Positions 17,518-27,100 of a stretch of DNA of 49,569 bases are shown here, in pieces. This DNA comes from an uncultured Planctomycetaceae bacterium. GTDB lineage: Bacteria > Planctomycetota > Planctomycetia > Pirellulales > UBA1268. The DNA is taken from the NCBI GenBank assembly GCA_903831155.1, contig CAIKWU010000045.1:1-49569 (forward strand), read 5' to 3'. The stretch's first letter is position 1, and every line of letters begins with the position of its first letter. The notes beneath the pieces were generated by a model. It did not search any database. It was not told the DNA's origin and saw only the letters and a list, made by a program, of their open reading frames with translations. The position numbers and the translations under genes are program-made.

Positions 17518-18749
17518 CAGGCACCCTTTTCGTTCTTGGTTCCGCGGGCCGCCGCCAGCAGGTCACGCGCCTGCCGGGCGACGATCAGCTCCTCGTTGGT
17601 GGGAATCACCCAGATCGCGACCCGCGACGAGGCGGCGTGGATCGCCCGTTCTCCGGCGGACGTGGCGGCGTTCTTGGCCGGGTCGAGCGCGACCCCGAGA
17701 TCCTCGAGGCCCGCCACGACCGCCGCCCGGGTGAGCGGTGAGTTCTCGCCGATGCCCCCCGCGAAGCCGATCGCATCGAGCCCGCCGAGTTCGACGATCC
17801 CGGCGCCGAGCCAGTGACGGATCGACGCCACGTAGACGTCGATCGCCGTCTTCGCCCGGCCGCTGCCGGCTGCGGCAGCCTCTTCGAGGTCCCGCATGTC
17901 GCCCGACGTTCCGGACATCCCGGCGAGGCCGGCCTTGCCGGAGAGTTCGACGAGCAGCTCCTCGAAGCCACGCCCGGTCGCCTTCGCCACGTGCAGGAGC
18001 GCGAAGGGATCGAAGTCGCCGGCCCGATTGTTCTGGGGAAGCCCCGACTGCGGGCTCATCCCCATCGACGTGCCGACGCTCTTGCCGTCTCGGATCCAGC
18101 AGACGCTGCTCGAACCGCCGAGGTGGCAGGAGATCGCGCGGCGTCCGCCAGGGACGAGCGCGCCGAGCCGCTCGGCGACGAACCGGTGGCTCGCCCCGTG
18201 AAAACCCCACCGCCGCACGAGGTGCTTGTCGACCCAATCGGTCGGCACCGCATAGAGGGCGTTGCGGTCGGGGATCGTGGCATGGAAGCCGGTCTCGAAG
18301 GCGGCGACGAGCGGAACGCCCGGCATCCGCTCCCCGAGCAGCCGCATCGCCCGCACGTAGGGAGGATTGTGGGCCGGCGCGACCGCCGACATCTCCTCCA
18401 TCGCCGCGAGCACGTCGGCCCCCACCCGCACGACCCCGCTCACGCGGCCGCCGTGCACCGCCTTGAATCCCACCGCCGCCACCTCGTCGACGCTCGTGAG
18501 CGGGCCGCCGTCGGCGGTGAGCTGCTCGAGTGCCGCCTGGAGGGCGACGGCATGATCCGCAACGGCACACACGTTCTCGATCCCGCGGCCGCCGATCGTC
18601 GCGTAGACGCGGCTCTCGGCGGCCCCGATCCGCTCCACGCCGCCGCGCGCAAGCTCCCGCTCGGCACCGTCTCCGCCGGCCTGTTCGGGCAGGTCGAAGA
18701 GTCGGTACTTGAAGCTCGTGGAGCCGAGGTTGGCGACGAGGATCTTCAT
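17517..18749 (-). CDS. ackA: acetate (acyl) kinase
   Basis: 410 aa. MKILVANLGSTSFKYRLFDL N-terminus, FHGASHRF, HLGGSSSV, GGIGENS motifs of the AckA family. Confidence 0.93.
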   Translation of the reverse strand: MKILVANLGSTSFKYRLFDLPEQAGGDGAERELARGGVERIGAAESRVYATIGGRGIENVCAVADHAVALQAALEQLTADGGPLTSVDEVAAVGFKAVHGGRVSGVVRVGADVLAAMEEMSAVAPAHNPPYVRAMRLLGERMPGVPLVAAFETGFHATIPDRNALYAVPTDWVDKHLVRRWGFHGASHRFVAERLGALVPGGRRAISCHLGGSSSVCWIRDGKSVGTSMGMSPQSGLPQNNRAGDFDPFALLHVAKATGRGFEELLVELSGKAGLAGMSGTSGDMRDLEEAAAAGSGRAKTAIDVYVASIRHWLGAGIVELGGLDAIGFAGGIGENSPLTRAAVVAGLEDLGVALDPAKNAATSAGERAIHAASSRVAIWVIPTNEELIVARQARDLLAAARGTKNEKGA

Positions 18750-19015
18750 GCGAGGAACGCCGCCACGAGGCTGTCGGCCGGACGCGGAATGACGTGGCTG
18801 GCGACGAGTTCGCCCACCTGCTGGGCCGCGTTCGCACCGGCCTCGACGGCCGCCCGCACGCTGCCCACGTCGCCCTGCACGATCGTCGCCACGAAGGCGT
18901 TGCCGATGCTGACCCGCTTCAAGATCTTCACGTTGGCCGCCTTGGCCATCGCGTCGGTGGCCTCGACGAGGCCCACGAGTCCCTTGGTTTCCAGAATCCC
19001 GATCGCCGTGTTCAT
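18746..19015 (-). CDS. BMC-H hexameric shell protein (Pfam00936-type)
   Basis: 89 aa from the ATG at 19015. MNTAIGILETKGLVGLVEATDAMAKAANVKILKRVSIGNAFVATIVQGDVGSVRAAVEAGA...HVIPRP. AAGGA SD 7 nt upstream. The ORF-track start 19048 is a TTG with no SD. The stop overlaps the ackA start (ATGA). Confidence 0.92.
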   Translation of the reverse strand: MNTAIGILETKGLVGLVEATDAMAKAANVKILKRVSIGNAFVATIVQGDVGSVRAAVEAGANAAQQVGELVASHVIPRPADSLVAAFLA

Positions 19016-19086
19016 CAGATGTCCTTTTGAGAAATGGGGGAAGTTCAATCGATCCGTTTGAGTGCCGCTCGTCCGCCAGAGGCCGC

Positions 19087-19500
19087 TCAGGCCGTCGGCA
19101 GCACGATCTGCAGGTCTTCGTGCGGACGCGCGATCACCTGCACGCTCACCACCTCGCCGATCCGGCCGCCGGCCGCCGCACCCGCGTCGGTCGCCGCCTT
19201 GACCGCGGCCACGTCGCCCGAGACGAACGCCGTCACGAGCCCGCTGCCGATCTTGTCCCAGCCGATGAACGTGACGTTCGCGGCCTTCATCATCGCGTCA
19301 ACCGATTCCACGAGGGTCGTGAAACCCTTCACCTCGATCATGCCGAGGGCTTCCGCATGCTTCGCCATCTGTCGCTCCCTTGGATACTCGAACACTCTTC
19401 CAGCCTTCGCGGGGGTCTCCCCGCGGACCGCACCGGCACGCGCCGGCTTCACGGTCGAGTCTCGTCGTGTCGTTCGCTTCGCAGCCTTCTTCTTGGCCAT
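19087..19500 (-). CDS. BMC-H hexameric shell protein, possibly with 44-aa Lys/Arg-rich N-terminal extension
   Basis: Core: [67 protein letters not shown]...VIARPH. Two candidate starts. ATG 19500 gives 137 aa and adds [23 protein letters not shown].... ATG 19368 gives 93 aa and has an AAGGGAG SD 6 nt upstream. Confidence 0.88.
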   Translation of the reverse strand: MAKKKAAKRTTRRDSTVKPARAGAVRGETPAKAGRVFEYPRERQMAKHAEALGMIEVKGFTTLVESVDAMMKAANVTFIGWDKIGSGLVTAFVSGDVAAVKAATDAGAAAGGRIGEVVSVQVIARPHEDLQIVLPTA

Positions 19501-19509
19501 GGTGTCTCG

Positions 19510-20223
19510 TCAGCTTTGTCGGATCAGCTCCACGCCGGTGGCGTGGTCGAGGTCGGCGGCGTTGCCCTCGTCGGTGTCGATGTGCACCTCGAGCTTGCTG
19601 GTGACATCGGCCCGCACGAGCAGGTCGCGAAACACGGTGCCGCAGGAGCCCTTGATCGCCAGGCTCATCCGGTCACCGTCCTTGACGCCGAAGAAGTCGG
19701 CGTCGGCAAAGCTCATGTGCACGTGCCGCTCGGCCCGGATCACGCCCTCGCCGAGTTCGATCGCGCCCGCCGGCCCGACCAGCACGCAGCCGGGGGTGCC
19801 GGCGATCTTGCCGCTGGCCCGCACCGGCAGGTCGATGCCCAGCGAGATGCCGTCGGTGAACGCGAGCTCCACCTGAGAGGCCTTGCGGGTCGGCCCGAGC
19901 ACGCGGACGGTCGGCAGCATCTTTCGCTTGGGGCCGACGAGCATCACGGTCTGCTCCGCCGCGTAGAAGCCGTCCTGATAGAGGTTTTTCATGGGGGTGA
20001 GCGTGGCCCCCGGGCCGAAGAGCTTCACGACGTGCTCGTCGGTGAGGTGGCAGTGGCGGGCCGAGATGCTCACCACGAGCTTGGGCTCCGCCTTCGGCGC
20101 GACGGCGGCCTGCGACGGGGGCGTACCCCGGGAGGCGAGCACGATCTCGCGGACGATGCGGGCCACGGCCGTCTGGTCGAGGTCGGCCATCGAGCCGTTG
20201 AGGGAGGGAAACGACACGGACAT
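19510..20223 (-). CDS. pduL: PduL-type phosphotransacylase with N-terminal encapsulation peptide
   Basis: 237 aa. Two PduL repeats ([19 protein letters not shown] and [17 protein letters not shown]). N-terminal amphipathic [18 protein letters not shown]. Confidence 0.9.
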   Translation of the reverse strand: MSVSFPSLNGSMADLDQTAVARIVREIVLASRGTPPSQAAVAPKAEPKLVVSISARHCHLTDEHVVKLFGPGATLTPMKNLYQDGFYAAEQTVMLVGPKRKMLPTVRVLGPTRKASQVELAFTDGISLGIDLPVRASGKIAGTPGCVLVGPAGAIELGEGVIRAERHVHMSFADADFFGVKDGDRMSLAIKGSCGTVFRDLLVRADVTSKLEVHIDTDEGNAADLDHATGVELIRQS

Positions 20224-20233
20224 GAGGGGTATC

Positions 20234-21067
20234 TCAGGCGTGGCGGCGGCGCCGCGGGGAGGAACGGAGCTCGCGATCGCCCTCGGACTCGTCCGGGACG
20301 CTCGCGGTCAGGAGTTGCGTGGAGGCCGCGGCGATGGTCTGCCGCCAGTCGTTGCCCAGGCCTTCGTCGGAGACGACGACGTCGATCTCCGACAAGGGGG
20401 CGACGAGCGTCAGGCTCTTGCGGCCAAACTTGGAGCTGTCGGCGACGACGATCACCCGCCCCGCGGCCCGGAGCATCGCCTGCTCGGTCTCGGCAAGAAG
20501 AAGGTGGGCGTTGAAGAGGCCCTCTTCGGCGATTCCGGCTGCCGAGAGCACCGTGGTCGTGACGTGCAGCCGGCCGAGCAGCTCGTTGGCGTAGGGCCCC
20601 AGGCAGACGCCCGTGCGAGGCGAGACATAGCCGCCGAGGAGCACGAGGTCGCTTCGCGACTCCGAGGCGAAGAGGTTGGCGACCGGGAGGCTGTTGGTGA
20701 CGACCTGGAGCGACCGGCCCACGAGGAGCCGGGCCACCTCGTAGGTGGTGGTACCGCCGTCGAGCAGCACGGTCTCGCCGTCGGCGATGATCTCGGCGGC
20801 CGTGGCGGCGATCGCCCGCTTGGCCGCCCAGTGAGCCGGCTGCCGTTCGTCGAACTCCGCGAGCCGAGGCATGCCGCCGGCGTAGAGCACGCCGCCGTGG
20901 GTGCGACGCGCCGAGCCCTGTTCTTCGAGGGCATCGAGGTCACGCCGCACGGTCGACTCGGAGACGCCCAGTTCCCGCACGAGCTCCTCGAGCGCAGCGA
21001 ATCCACGGACCCGAATCAGGTCGAGGAGTCGGCCGCGGCGTTCGTGGTTTTGCGTCGTTCCGGTCAT
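20234..21067 (-). CDS. DeoR-family transcriptional regulator, first gene of the BMC operon
   Basis: 277 aa from the ATG at 21067. [29 protein letters not shown]. DeoR C-terminal sugar-phosphate sensor domain ([25 protein letters not shown]). Confidence 0.9.
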   Translation of the reverse strand: MTGTTQNHERRGRLLDLIRVRGFAALEELVRELGVSESTVRRDLDALEEQGSARRTHGGVLYAGGMPRLAEFDERQPAHWAAKRAIAATAAEIIADGETVLLDGGTTTYEVARLLVGRSLQVVTNSLPVANLFASESRSDLVLLGGYVSPRTGVCLGPYANELLGRLHVTTTVLSAAGIAEEGLFNAHLLLAETEQAMLRAAGRVIVVADSSKFGRKSLTLVAPLSEIDVVVSDEGLGNDWRQTIAAASTQLLTASVPDESEGDRELRSSPRRRRHA

Positions 21068-21134
21068 CAATGCACGAATAATATCGTTCGGTGCCGCCCT
21101 TGTAAAGGGTTTCTGGCATCGCGAGAGCGTATGC

Positions 21135-21162
21135 TTTCAGTCACGTGCGTGTTTCCAGTCAC
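21135..21162. promoter_or_regulatory. direct repeat TTTC(C)AGTCAC x2 in the AT-richer region upstream of the DeoR/BMC operon (candidate operator)
   Basis: TTTCAGTCAC at 21135-21144 and TTTCCAGTCAC at 21152-21162, 17 nt start to start, 68-95 nt upstream of the deoR-like ATG. A third related copy, TTTCTGGCATC, lies near 21103. DeoR regulators often bind direct repeats. Confidence 0.25.
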
Positions 21163-21320
21163 CCTGGGCATGATGCGGCAGTTTTTCGTTGAGATTGCCG
21201 GCTGGCAAATCTCTGCCGCCATGATGCTACGTCCCATCCTGGTGGAAAGTGAGCGTTTTCACCATGAAATCCGCGCGACTCGGTCACGCCAGCGCCCCCT
21301 AACCGGCACAATCGGCATCC

Positions 21321-21785
21321 ATGGCCGTTCTTTGTCATCGTCTTCCGACCGCTCCCTGGCGAGCCCTTTCCCCGCCGGCGGCGGCCATCGCCGAGGTCGC
21401 CGGGAGTGCGCTCGAGGCCGCATTGGCGTCTCTGCTGGAACGCTGTCGTGGTCACGGCGGCTTCGTGCCGCGGTCGCCGCGGGGCGTCTTGGTGCCACAT
21501 GACCGGTCGCGGCAGCGGGTCTGGATGGCGACCACGGAGGCGGGCGATCCCGTGGCGGCGATCTGCCTGCGCGGTTGGGGCGACGGGATCGGAGCACGCT
21601 GGTCGATCCCGCTCGTGCTCGTCGATCCGCGGTTTCGGCGTGGCGGGCTGGCCGCAGGCCTCGTTCGCGAGGCGCTCGCCGCCGCCGAGAGCGAGGGTGC
21701 CGCGGTCGTCTTCGCCGAAACACGGTCGACCTGGGAGGCGGCGAGCACGTTCTGGTCCGCCTTGGCTGATCGCCTGGCGGACTGA
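21321..21785 (+). CDS. GNAT-family N-acetyltransferase (putative)
   Basis: 154 aa. Acetyl-CoA-binding motif A-like segment LVLVDPRFRRGGLAAGLVREALAAAE (R-x-x-G-x-A), followed by the typical beta-strand VVFAET. Confidence 0.5.
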   Translation: MAVLCHRLPTAPWRALSPPAAAIAEVAGSALEAALASLLERCRGHGGFVPRSPRGVLVPHDRSRQRVWMATTEAGDPVAAICLRGWGDGIGARWSIPLVLVDPRFRRGGLAAGLVREALAAAESEGAAVVFAETRSTWEAASTFWSALADRLAD

Positions 21786-21873
21786 GCCACGGACCGGGTG
21801 GGGCCCCCCGGACCTGATATGCTCGCGGCAGTGGTGGAACGTGGCCGCTGCCGCGGCACTAGGGAGGCACGTG

Positions 21874-22389
21874 ATGGCGGAATCACCTCGGCAGGAGTTC
21901 GAAAGGGATCTCGAGCGGGTGAGGGACCTTCACGAGGAACTCGCGCGTGGCGCCGGCGGCACTCCGGGCGGCACTTGGCTCTTCTTCGTCGGGCTGGTGC
22001 TCGCGGCGGCCGGCGTCTGGTTTTTTCTGAGCAACGTGCACGTCGTGACCAGCCCGATCGGCATGGTGTCGGGCCTCTTCAACCGGGGCGTGTTCGGCGA
22101 CGGGCAGCCGGCGATGAGCACGGGCATCGTCTTCGCGCCGATCTTCGTCGGGCTCGTGCTGCTCTTCTACGACGCTCGACTGAAGTGGGGATGGGCGCTC
22201 TTCTACGTGGGGCTCGCCATCATCGTGATCGAGATCCTCAGCCGCATCCAGTTCCTGATGAACATGCGGACGAGCAACCTGCTGCTCATGCTCGGCATGG
22301 TGGCCGCCGGCATCGGCATGATGCTGCGTAGCTTCCGCGACATGTCGTCGGCGGCAGGCAGCGGCGGCCAGCCCCCGACGGGCCCATAG
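21874..22389 (+). CDS. hypothetical integral membrane protein (4 predicted TM helices)
   Basis: 171 aa from the ATG at 21874, with an AGGGAGG SD 7 nt upstream. Charged N-terminus, then four hydrophobic segments (WLFFVGLVLAAAGVWFFL, IVFAPIFVGLVLLFY, WALFYVGLAIIVIEIL, LLLMLGMVAAGIGMML). The rest of ORF 21406-22389 overlaps the GNAT gene. Confidence 0.6.
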   Translation: MAESPRQEFERDLERVRDLHEELARGAGGTPGGTWLFFVGLVLAAAGVWFFLSNVHVVTSPIGMVSGLFNRGVFGDGQPAMSTGIVFAPIFVGLVLLFYDARLKWGWALFYVGLAIIVIEILSRIQFLMNMRTSNLLLMLGMVAAGIGMMLRSFRDMSSAAGSGGQPPTGP

Positions 22390-22404
22390 GCCGGCCTGCC
22401 TCGG

Positions 22405-22956
22405 TCAGCCGAGCCGTTCGCGGAGCCAGAGACCGGATCCCAGGAAGGCCGCCCCGCTCGCGAGCAGGTTGATGCCGATCAGCGTGCCGAGGAACACGCC
22501 CGACTGCTGAGTCGGGCTCATGAGCAGCATCCCGCCGAGCACGGCTGTGATCAGGCCGTCGGCGAGAACCCAGCCCCAGGGAAAGTCGCGGGGCAGCGAG
22601 AATCCCGCCGTGAGTTTCGCCGCCGCCTCGAAGAGCAATACGAGGCCGACGAACGTCGTCATGGCGTGCACTCCCTCGGCTGGTATCGCCAGCATCGCCG
22701 TGCCGGCGACGAGCGAGAGGCCGCCGCAAAGGACCGTGAGCCAGAACCCACGCCAGGAATAGGTGCTCGCCGCCGCGGCAAGCTGCGTCACGCCGGCCGC
22801 GAGCAGCGAACCGGCGACCATGAAGTCGACGAAGGTCGCGGCGGCCCACGGCACCGCGATCGCGAGAATACCGAGGAGCGTGAGCGACCCGCCCAGCCAG
22901 AGAAGCCGTGACTTCAGCTGCGAGCCGATTCCGTGGTGATGGTGCGCGTGATCCAT
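22405..22956 (-). CDS. HdeD/DUF308-family membrane protein
   Basis: 183 aa from the ATG at 22956. His-rich start MDHAHHHHG, then six hydrophobic helices with the repeating pattern of the HdeD family (GILAIAVPWAA..., GFWLTVLCGGLSLVAG..., GGMLLMSP...). The upstream 330 codons of ORF 22405-23949 are Arg/Pro-rich and antisense to DinB and PurN, so not coding. Confidence 0.65.
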   Translation of the reverse strand: MDHAHHHHGIGSQLKSRLLWLGGSLTLLGILAIAVPWAAATFVDFMVAGSLLAAGVTQLAAAASTYSWRGFWLTVLCGGLSLVAGTAMLAIPAEGVHAMTTFVGLVLLFEAAAKLTAGFSLPRDFPWGWVLADGLITAVLGGMLLMSPTQQSGVFLGTLIGINLLASGAAFLGSGLWLRERLG

Positions 22957-23045
22957 GGCAGACCCTTTGAGTTCCTCGGCTTCGGCGGGCTCTTGATGCC
23001 GTCGGTTGTACACCGCGGACCGCTGTTTGGGCGACTCCGGGGTCC

Positions 23046-23567
23046 TCAGGCCGCCCCCAGCCCCTCCATCCGTCTCCACGCGCTCATCTGCCCGAGGTGC
23101 ATCATCATGTGCCCGCCACAGTAGAAGGCCTGAGCCGACCCGATCGTCGGAAAAAGCTCCTTCATCCGCCCCTCGGCGGGATTCGGCTGATCCAACGTCG
23201 AATCGGACGTGCTGCGGAGGGCGCCGATCGTCATCCGATGCCCCTCGAGAAAGAACGCGACGATCTGATCGAGGGCCGGGTAGAGATCGCCGTCGACGTC
23301 GTCCACGCACTTCGCGTCCTTGGAGAACGCCAGCTCGAAACCATCCGGGACCGGCGGGGCGGGATGGCCGATGAGGCGGAGGATCTTCGGAGCGTAGAGG
23401 CTCAGGTGACCATAGATGAAGGCCGGATGGTTCGACTCGACCACCACGCCCCCGGGCACGGCAAACCGGCCGGCACGGTCCGCCGGAACGTTCTTGAGGA
23501 GCCGCTCGGCGTAGCCGAGCGAGAGTTGCAGCGAGTCGGCGATCACGTTGCCGAGGGATCGGGGCAT
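23046..23567 (-). CDS. DinB-superfamily (four-helix-bundle, putative metal-binding) protein
   Basis: 173 aa. DinB_2-like layout with conserved His positions (SNHPAFIYGHLSLY ... FLEGH ... GGHMMMHLGQ). Confidence 0.6.
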   Translation of the reverse strand: MPRSLGNVIADSLQLSLGYAERLLKNVPADRAGRFAVPGGVVVESNHPAFIYGHLSLYAPKILRLIGHPAPPVPDGFELAFSKDAKCVDDVDGDLYPALDQIVAFFLEGHRMTIGALRSTSDSTLDQPNPAEGRMKELFPTIGSAQAFYCGGHMMMHLGQMSAWRRMEGLGAA

Positions 23568-23588
23568 GGCATGGCTCCAGGGGAATCG

Positions 23589-24197
23589 TCAGTGGGCTCG
23601 ATGACTGGCGAACAACGAGATCGCGTCGGGCAGGGCGTCGCACTCCGCCGCGAACACGCGGGCGGCGAGCGACTCGGGCGTGTCGTCGGGCAGCACCGGC
23701 ACCGTCCGCTGCAGGAGGATCCGGCCATGATCGTACTCTTCGTCGACGAAATGCACGGTGCACCCCGAGATCGTGCACCCGCGGTCGATCACGGCCCGGT
23801 GGACGTGCATCCCGTGGAAGCCCTTTCCGCCGAACGCCGGCAGCAGCGAGGGGTGGATGTTGATCACGCGGCCGGCGAAGTCGGGTGGGATGCAGACCAG
23901 GTGCAGAAAGCCCGCCATGACCACGAGGTCGGGCCGCACGCTCCGGCACACAGCGAACACCTCCTCGCTCCAGGCATCGATGGGCCGCCCCTTGGGCGAC
24001 AGGACGTTGACGCCAACGCCGGCGGCGGCGGCGATGCGCACTCCCCGGACATCATTGCGGCTGGAGACCACCCTCTCGATCGTCGCTGCGAGCCGGCCGG
24101 CCGCGATCCGCTCGATGAGATTGTCGAGTGTCCGCCCTGATCCCGAGAGCAGCACGGCCAGCCGCAGCGGCGGCCGGGCAGGGGCATGCGACGTCAT
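23589..24197 (-). CDS. purN: phosphoribosylglycinamide formyltransferase
   Basis: 202 aa. [36 protein letters not shown], catalytic H/D region [16 protein letters not shown]. The start overlaps the ileS stop by 4 nt. Confidence 0.9.
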   Translation of the reverse strand: MTSHAPARPPLRLAVLLSGSGRTLDNLIERIAAGRLAATIERVVSSRNDVRGVRIAAAAGVGVNVLSPKGRPIDAWSEEVFAVCRSVRPDLVVMAGFLHLVCIPPDFAGRVINIHPSLLPAFGGKGFHGMHVHRAVIDRGCTISGCTVHFVDEEYDHGRILLQRTVPVLPDDTPESLAARVFAAECDALPDAISLFASHRAH

Positions 24198-27100
24198 CGT
24201 GTCTCGCCCGATCCGGCCTTCGCAACGGCGATCGCGAGTGGATGGCCGTCGATGTCGTGCTGCTGGGCATCCGCCGGAGGCGATCCGAAGGTCACGCCTG
24301 TGGCGAGCGTCTCGCCGGCCACGTAGTCGCGGTGTCGCTCGAGGGCGTCCCGCAACTCGGCCGACTCGGTCGCGAGCACGAGGTCGATCCGGTCCGTGAA
24401 CTCGAGGTCGAGCGCCTTGCGCTGCGTCTGGATGACGTGCACGACCTCGCGAACGAGGCCCTCGGCGACGAGGGCCGGGGTGAGGTCCTTGGCGATCACG
24501 ACGACGGCCCGCGGGCTCTCGGCGGCGGCCCAGCCGGGCTTGGCGGTGGTCCGGACGAGGACGTCGTCCTTCTCGATCACGGCGACACCGCCGCCGGCGA
24601 GCGGCACCTCGGCCCGGCCCTGCGAGGCGAGGGCGGAGAGCAACGCAGACGCATCAGCCTTGGCGAGCGCGTCGCGGGCCTTGGGAAGATCCTTGCCGAG
24701 CTTCGGCCCGAGCTTCTTGAGGTCGGGCAGGATCGACCGCGTGATGTAGCGGTCGGGCTCCGCACACACCTCGAACTGCTTGACGTTGAGCTCGTCGCAG
24801 ACGAGGTCGGCGTGGGACTGGAGCCAGTCGGAATCGCCCGGGAGCGTCTCCGCGAGCACGACCTCCACCTTTTGAAGCGGCTGGCGAACCTTGAGCTTCT
24901 CCGCGGCGCGGGCGGCGCGGCCGAGCGAGGCCACGTCGCGGACCACGGCCATGCGGCGGACGAGATCGCGGTCGACGAGCGATGCGTCGCCAACGGGATA
25001 GTCGGTGAGGTGCACGCTCTCCGGAGCCCGCCCCCCGAAGGCCGCCCCGGCCAGATTCCGCCAGATCGCCTCGGTGGTGAAGGGCACGAAGGGCGCGGCG
25101 AGCCTCGCCACCGTCAGCAGCGTCTCGTAGAGCGTCCAGTAGGCGTCGAGCTTCTCCTGGTTGGTGTCGGGCCCGCCGTCGGCCCGCCCCGCAGCCCAGA
25201 AGCGGTCGCGGCTGCGGCGGACGAACCAGTTGCTGACCGCATCCACCAGCGCGGAGAGGTCCTGGGCCGCGCCGAAGTGATCGTAGGCGTCGAGCTTGCT
25301 GGTCATGGCGGCCGCGGTGGCGTTGAGCTCCGAGACCATCCAGCGGTCGAGTTCGCCCCGCTCCGCAACCGGCCGATAGCCACGGGCACCCGCCAGGTCG
25401 GCCGCGGCGAGCATGCCGGGATCAGCGAGCACGGCACCCGGATCGAAGCCGTCGATGCGGGCGTAGATCACGAAGAACGAATAGACGTTCCAGAGCCGCA
25501 GGAGGAACTCGGGGATGCTCTCCTTGATCGACCTCTCGCTGTAGCGGATGCTCGTCCACGGCGCCTGGCCGGCGAGGAAGAACCAGCGGAGGGCGTCAGC
25601 GCCGTACTTGTCGAAGATCTCGCCGGGCTCGCGGTAGTTCCGCTTGCTCTTGCTCATCTTCTGGCCGTCCTCGCCGAGCATGTGGCCGAGGACGATGCAG
25701 GTCCTGAAGGGATGCGGCCAGGGCCGATCGCCGTTTCCGAACAGGAGCGTGCTGATCGCGAGCTGGCTGTAGAACCAGCCACGGGTCTGGTCGATTGCCT
25801 CCGAGATGAAGTCGGCTGGAAACTGGGCCTCGAACTCAGCCTGCCCACGGTGCGGCCAGCCCCACTGGGCGAACGGCATCGCGCCGGAGTCGAACCAGCA
25901 GTCGATGACCTCCGTGACGCGGCGCATCCGAGCCCCCGCCGCAAATGGCGAGTCGTAGGTGACGGCGTCGATGTAGGGCTTGTGCACCTTGAGATCATCG
26001 GACAGTTGCGGGTTCACGGCCTTGGCCTTCGCGAACACCTCGACACCTGCCACGCCCGGCTTGGTGAGCAGATCGGCATACGACCTGATCGCCTCGGCTC
26101 GGCCCGTCTGCTCACACACCCAGATCGGCAGGGGCGTGCCCCAGTACCGCTCGCGGGAGAGCGCCCAGTCGACATTCGTCTCCAGGAAGTTGCCGAACCG
26201 GCCATCCTTGATGTGTTCCGGCAACCAGTCGATCGCGGCGTTGTTGGCGAGCATCTGGTCGCGGAACTGGCTCGTGCGGATGAACCAGCTCTGCCGCGGA
26301 TACTGGATCAGCGGATCGTTGTCGGCCCGCCAGCAGAACGGGTAGTCGTGGACGTACTGCTCCTGGTGCACGAGCAGGCCGCGGCCGCGGAGGTCGCGGG
26401 TGATGTCGCGGTCGCAGTCCTTCACAAACCGGCCGCTGCCCATGCCGAAGGCGTCGGTGAAGGTGCCGTCGGGGGCGACCGCGTTGATCAGCGTCGGACC
26501 CTGTCCCGCATTGAAGCGGGCCTGCTCGGCGACGAGCACCGTGTAGTCGACCTCGCCGAAGGCGGGCGCGATGTGGACGATGCCCGTGCCCGAGTCGGTG
26601 GTCACGAAATCCGCCGCGACCACCCGCCACGCGACCGGCTCCGCGCCGCCGGCAGCCAGCAGGGCGGTGGCCGGCGGCCCCGGCTGGCGAAAGGTGTCGA
26701 ACGGCGGCAGGTAGCTCCGCCCCACGAGATCGGCTCCCTTGAACCGGTCCACGACCTCCAAGTCCTTCTTGAGCTTCTCTCCGAGACAGGCAGCGAGCGG
26801 TTCCGCGACGACGTATTCGGAGGCGTCGGCGGCGGTCGGATCCCGCAGCACGACGTAGTCGAGGTCGGCCCTGACCGCCGCGAACTGATTCGACGGGAGC
26901 GTCCACGGGGTGGTCGTCCAGGCCACGAGGCTCCGGCTGGTCGGCCGTCCGGCGCCGTCGAGCAGGGGGAACGCGACATAGACGCTCGGGTCGGCGACTT
27001 CCTTGTAGCCCTGCCCGACCTCGCCGCTCGAGAGCGCCGTGCCGCCCTGCGCCCACCACCAGACGATCTTGTGACCCTGGTACAGCAGCCCCTTGTCGAA

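Noticed and set aside
19016-19048. Longer starts given by the ORF track: TTG 19048 for BMC-H, TTG 41850 for the giant gene, GTG 17212 for the aldehyde dehydrogenase, TTG 21070 for DeoR, 3111 for the S46 peptidase
   Set aside because: In each case a downstream ATG gives the family-typical N-terminus. That ATG also has a better-placed SD or avoids overlap with the neighbouring gene. The non-ATG codons simply open the frame.
12554-19061. Long plus-strand ORFs across the BMC operon (12554-14407, 15395-17734, 17814-19061, 19027-20514)
   Set aside because: Each is antisense to a well-supported minus-strand gene (LDH-like, aldolase, aldehyde dehydrogenase, AckA, shell proteins, PduL). All have a low-complexity Arg/Gly/Asp composition.
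22957-23949. Upstream 330 codons of the 514-aa ORF 22405-23949 (minus)
   Set aside because: Only the last 183 codons look like a protein (the HdeD-like membrane protein starting at ATG 22956). The upstream part is Arg/Pro-rich and overlaps the DinB and PurN genes in another frame.
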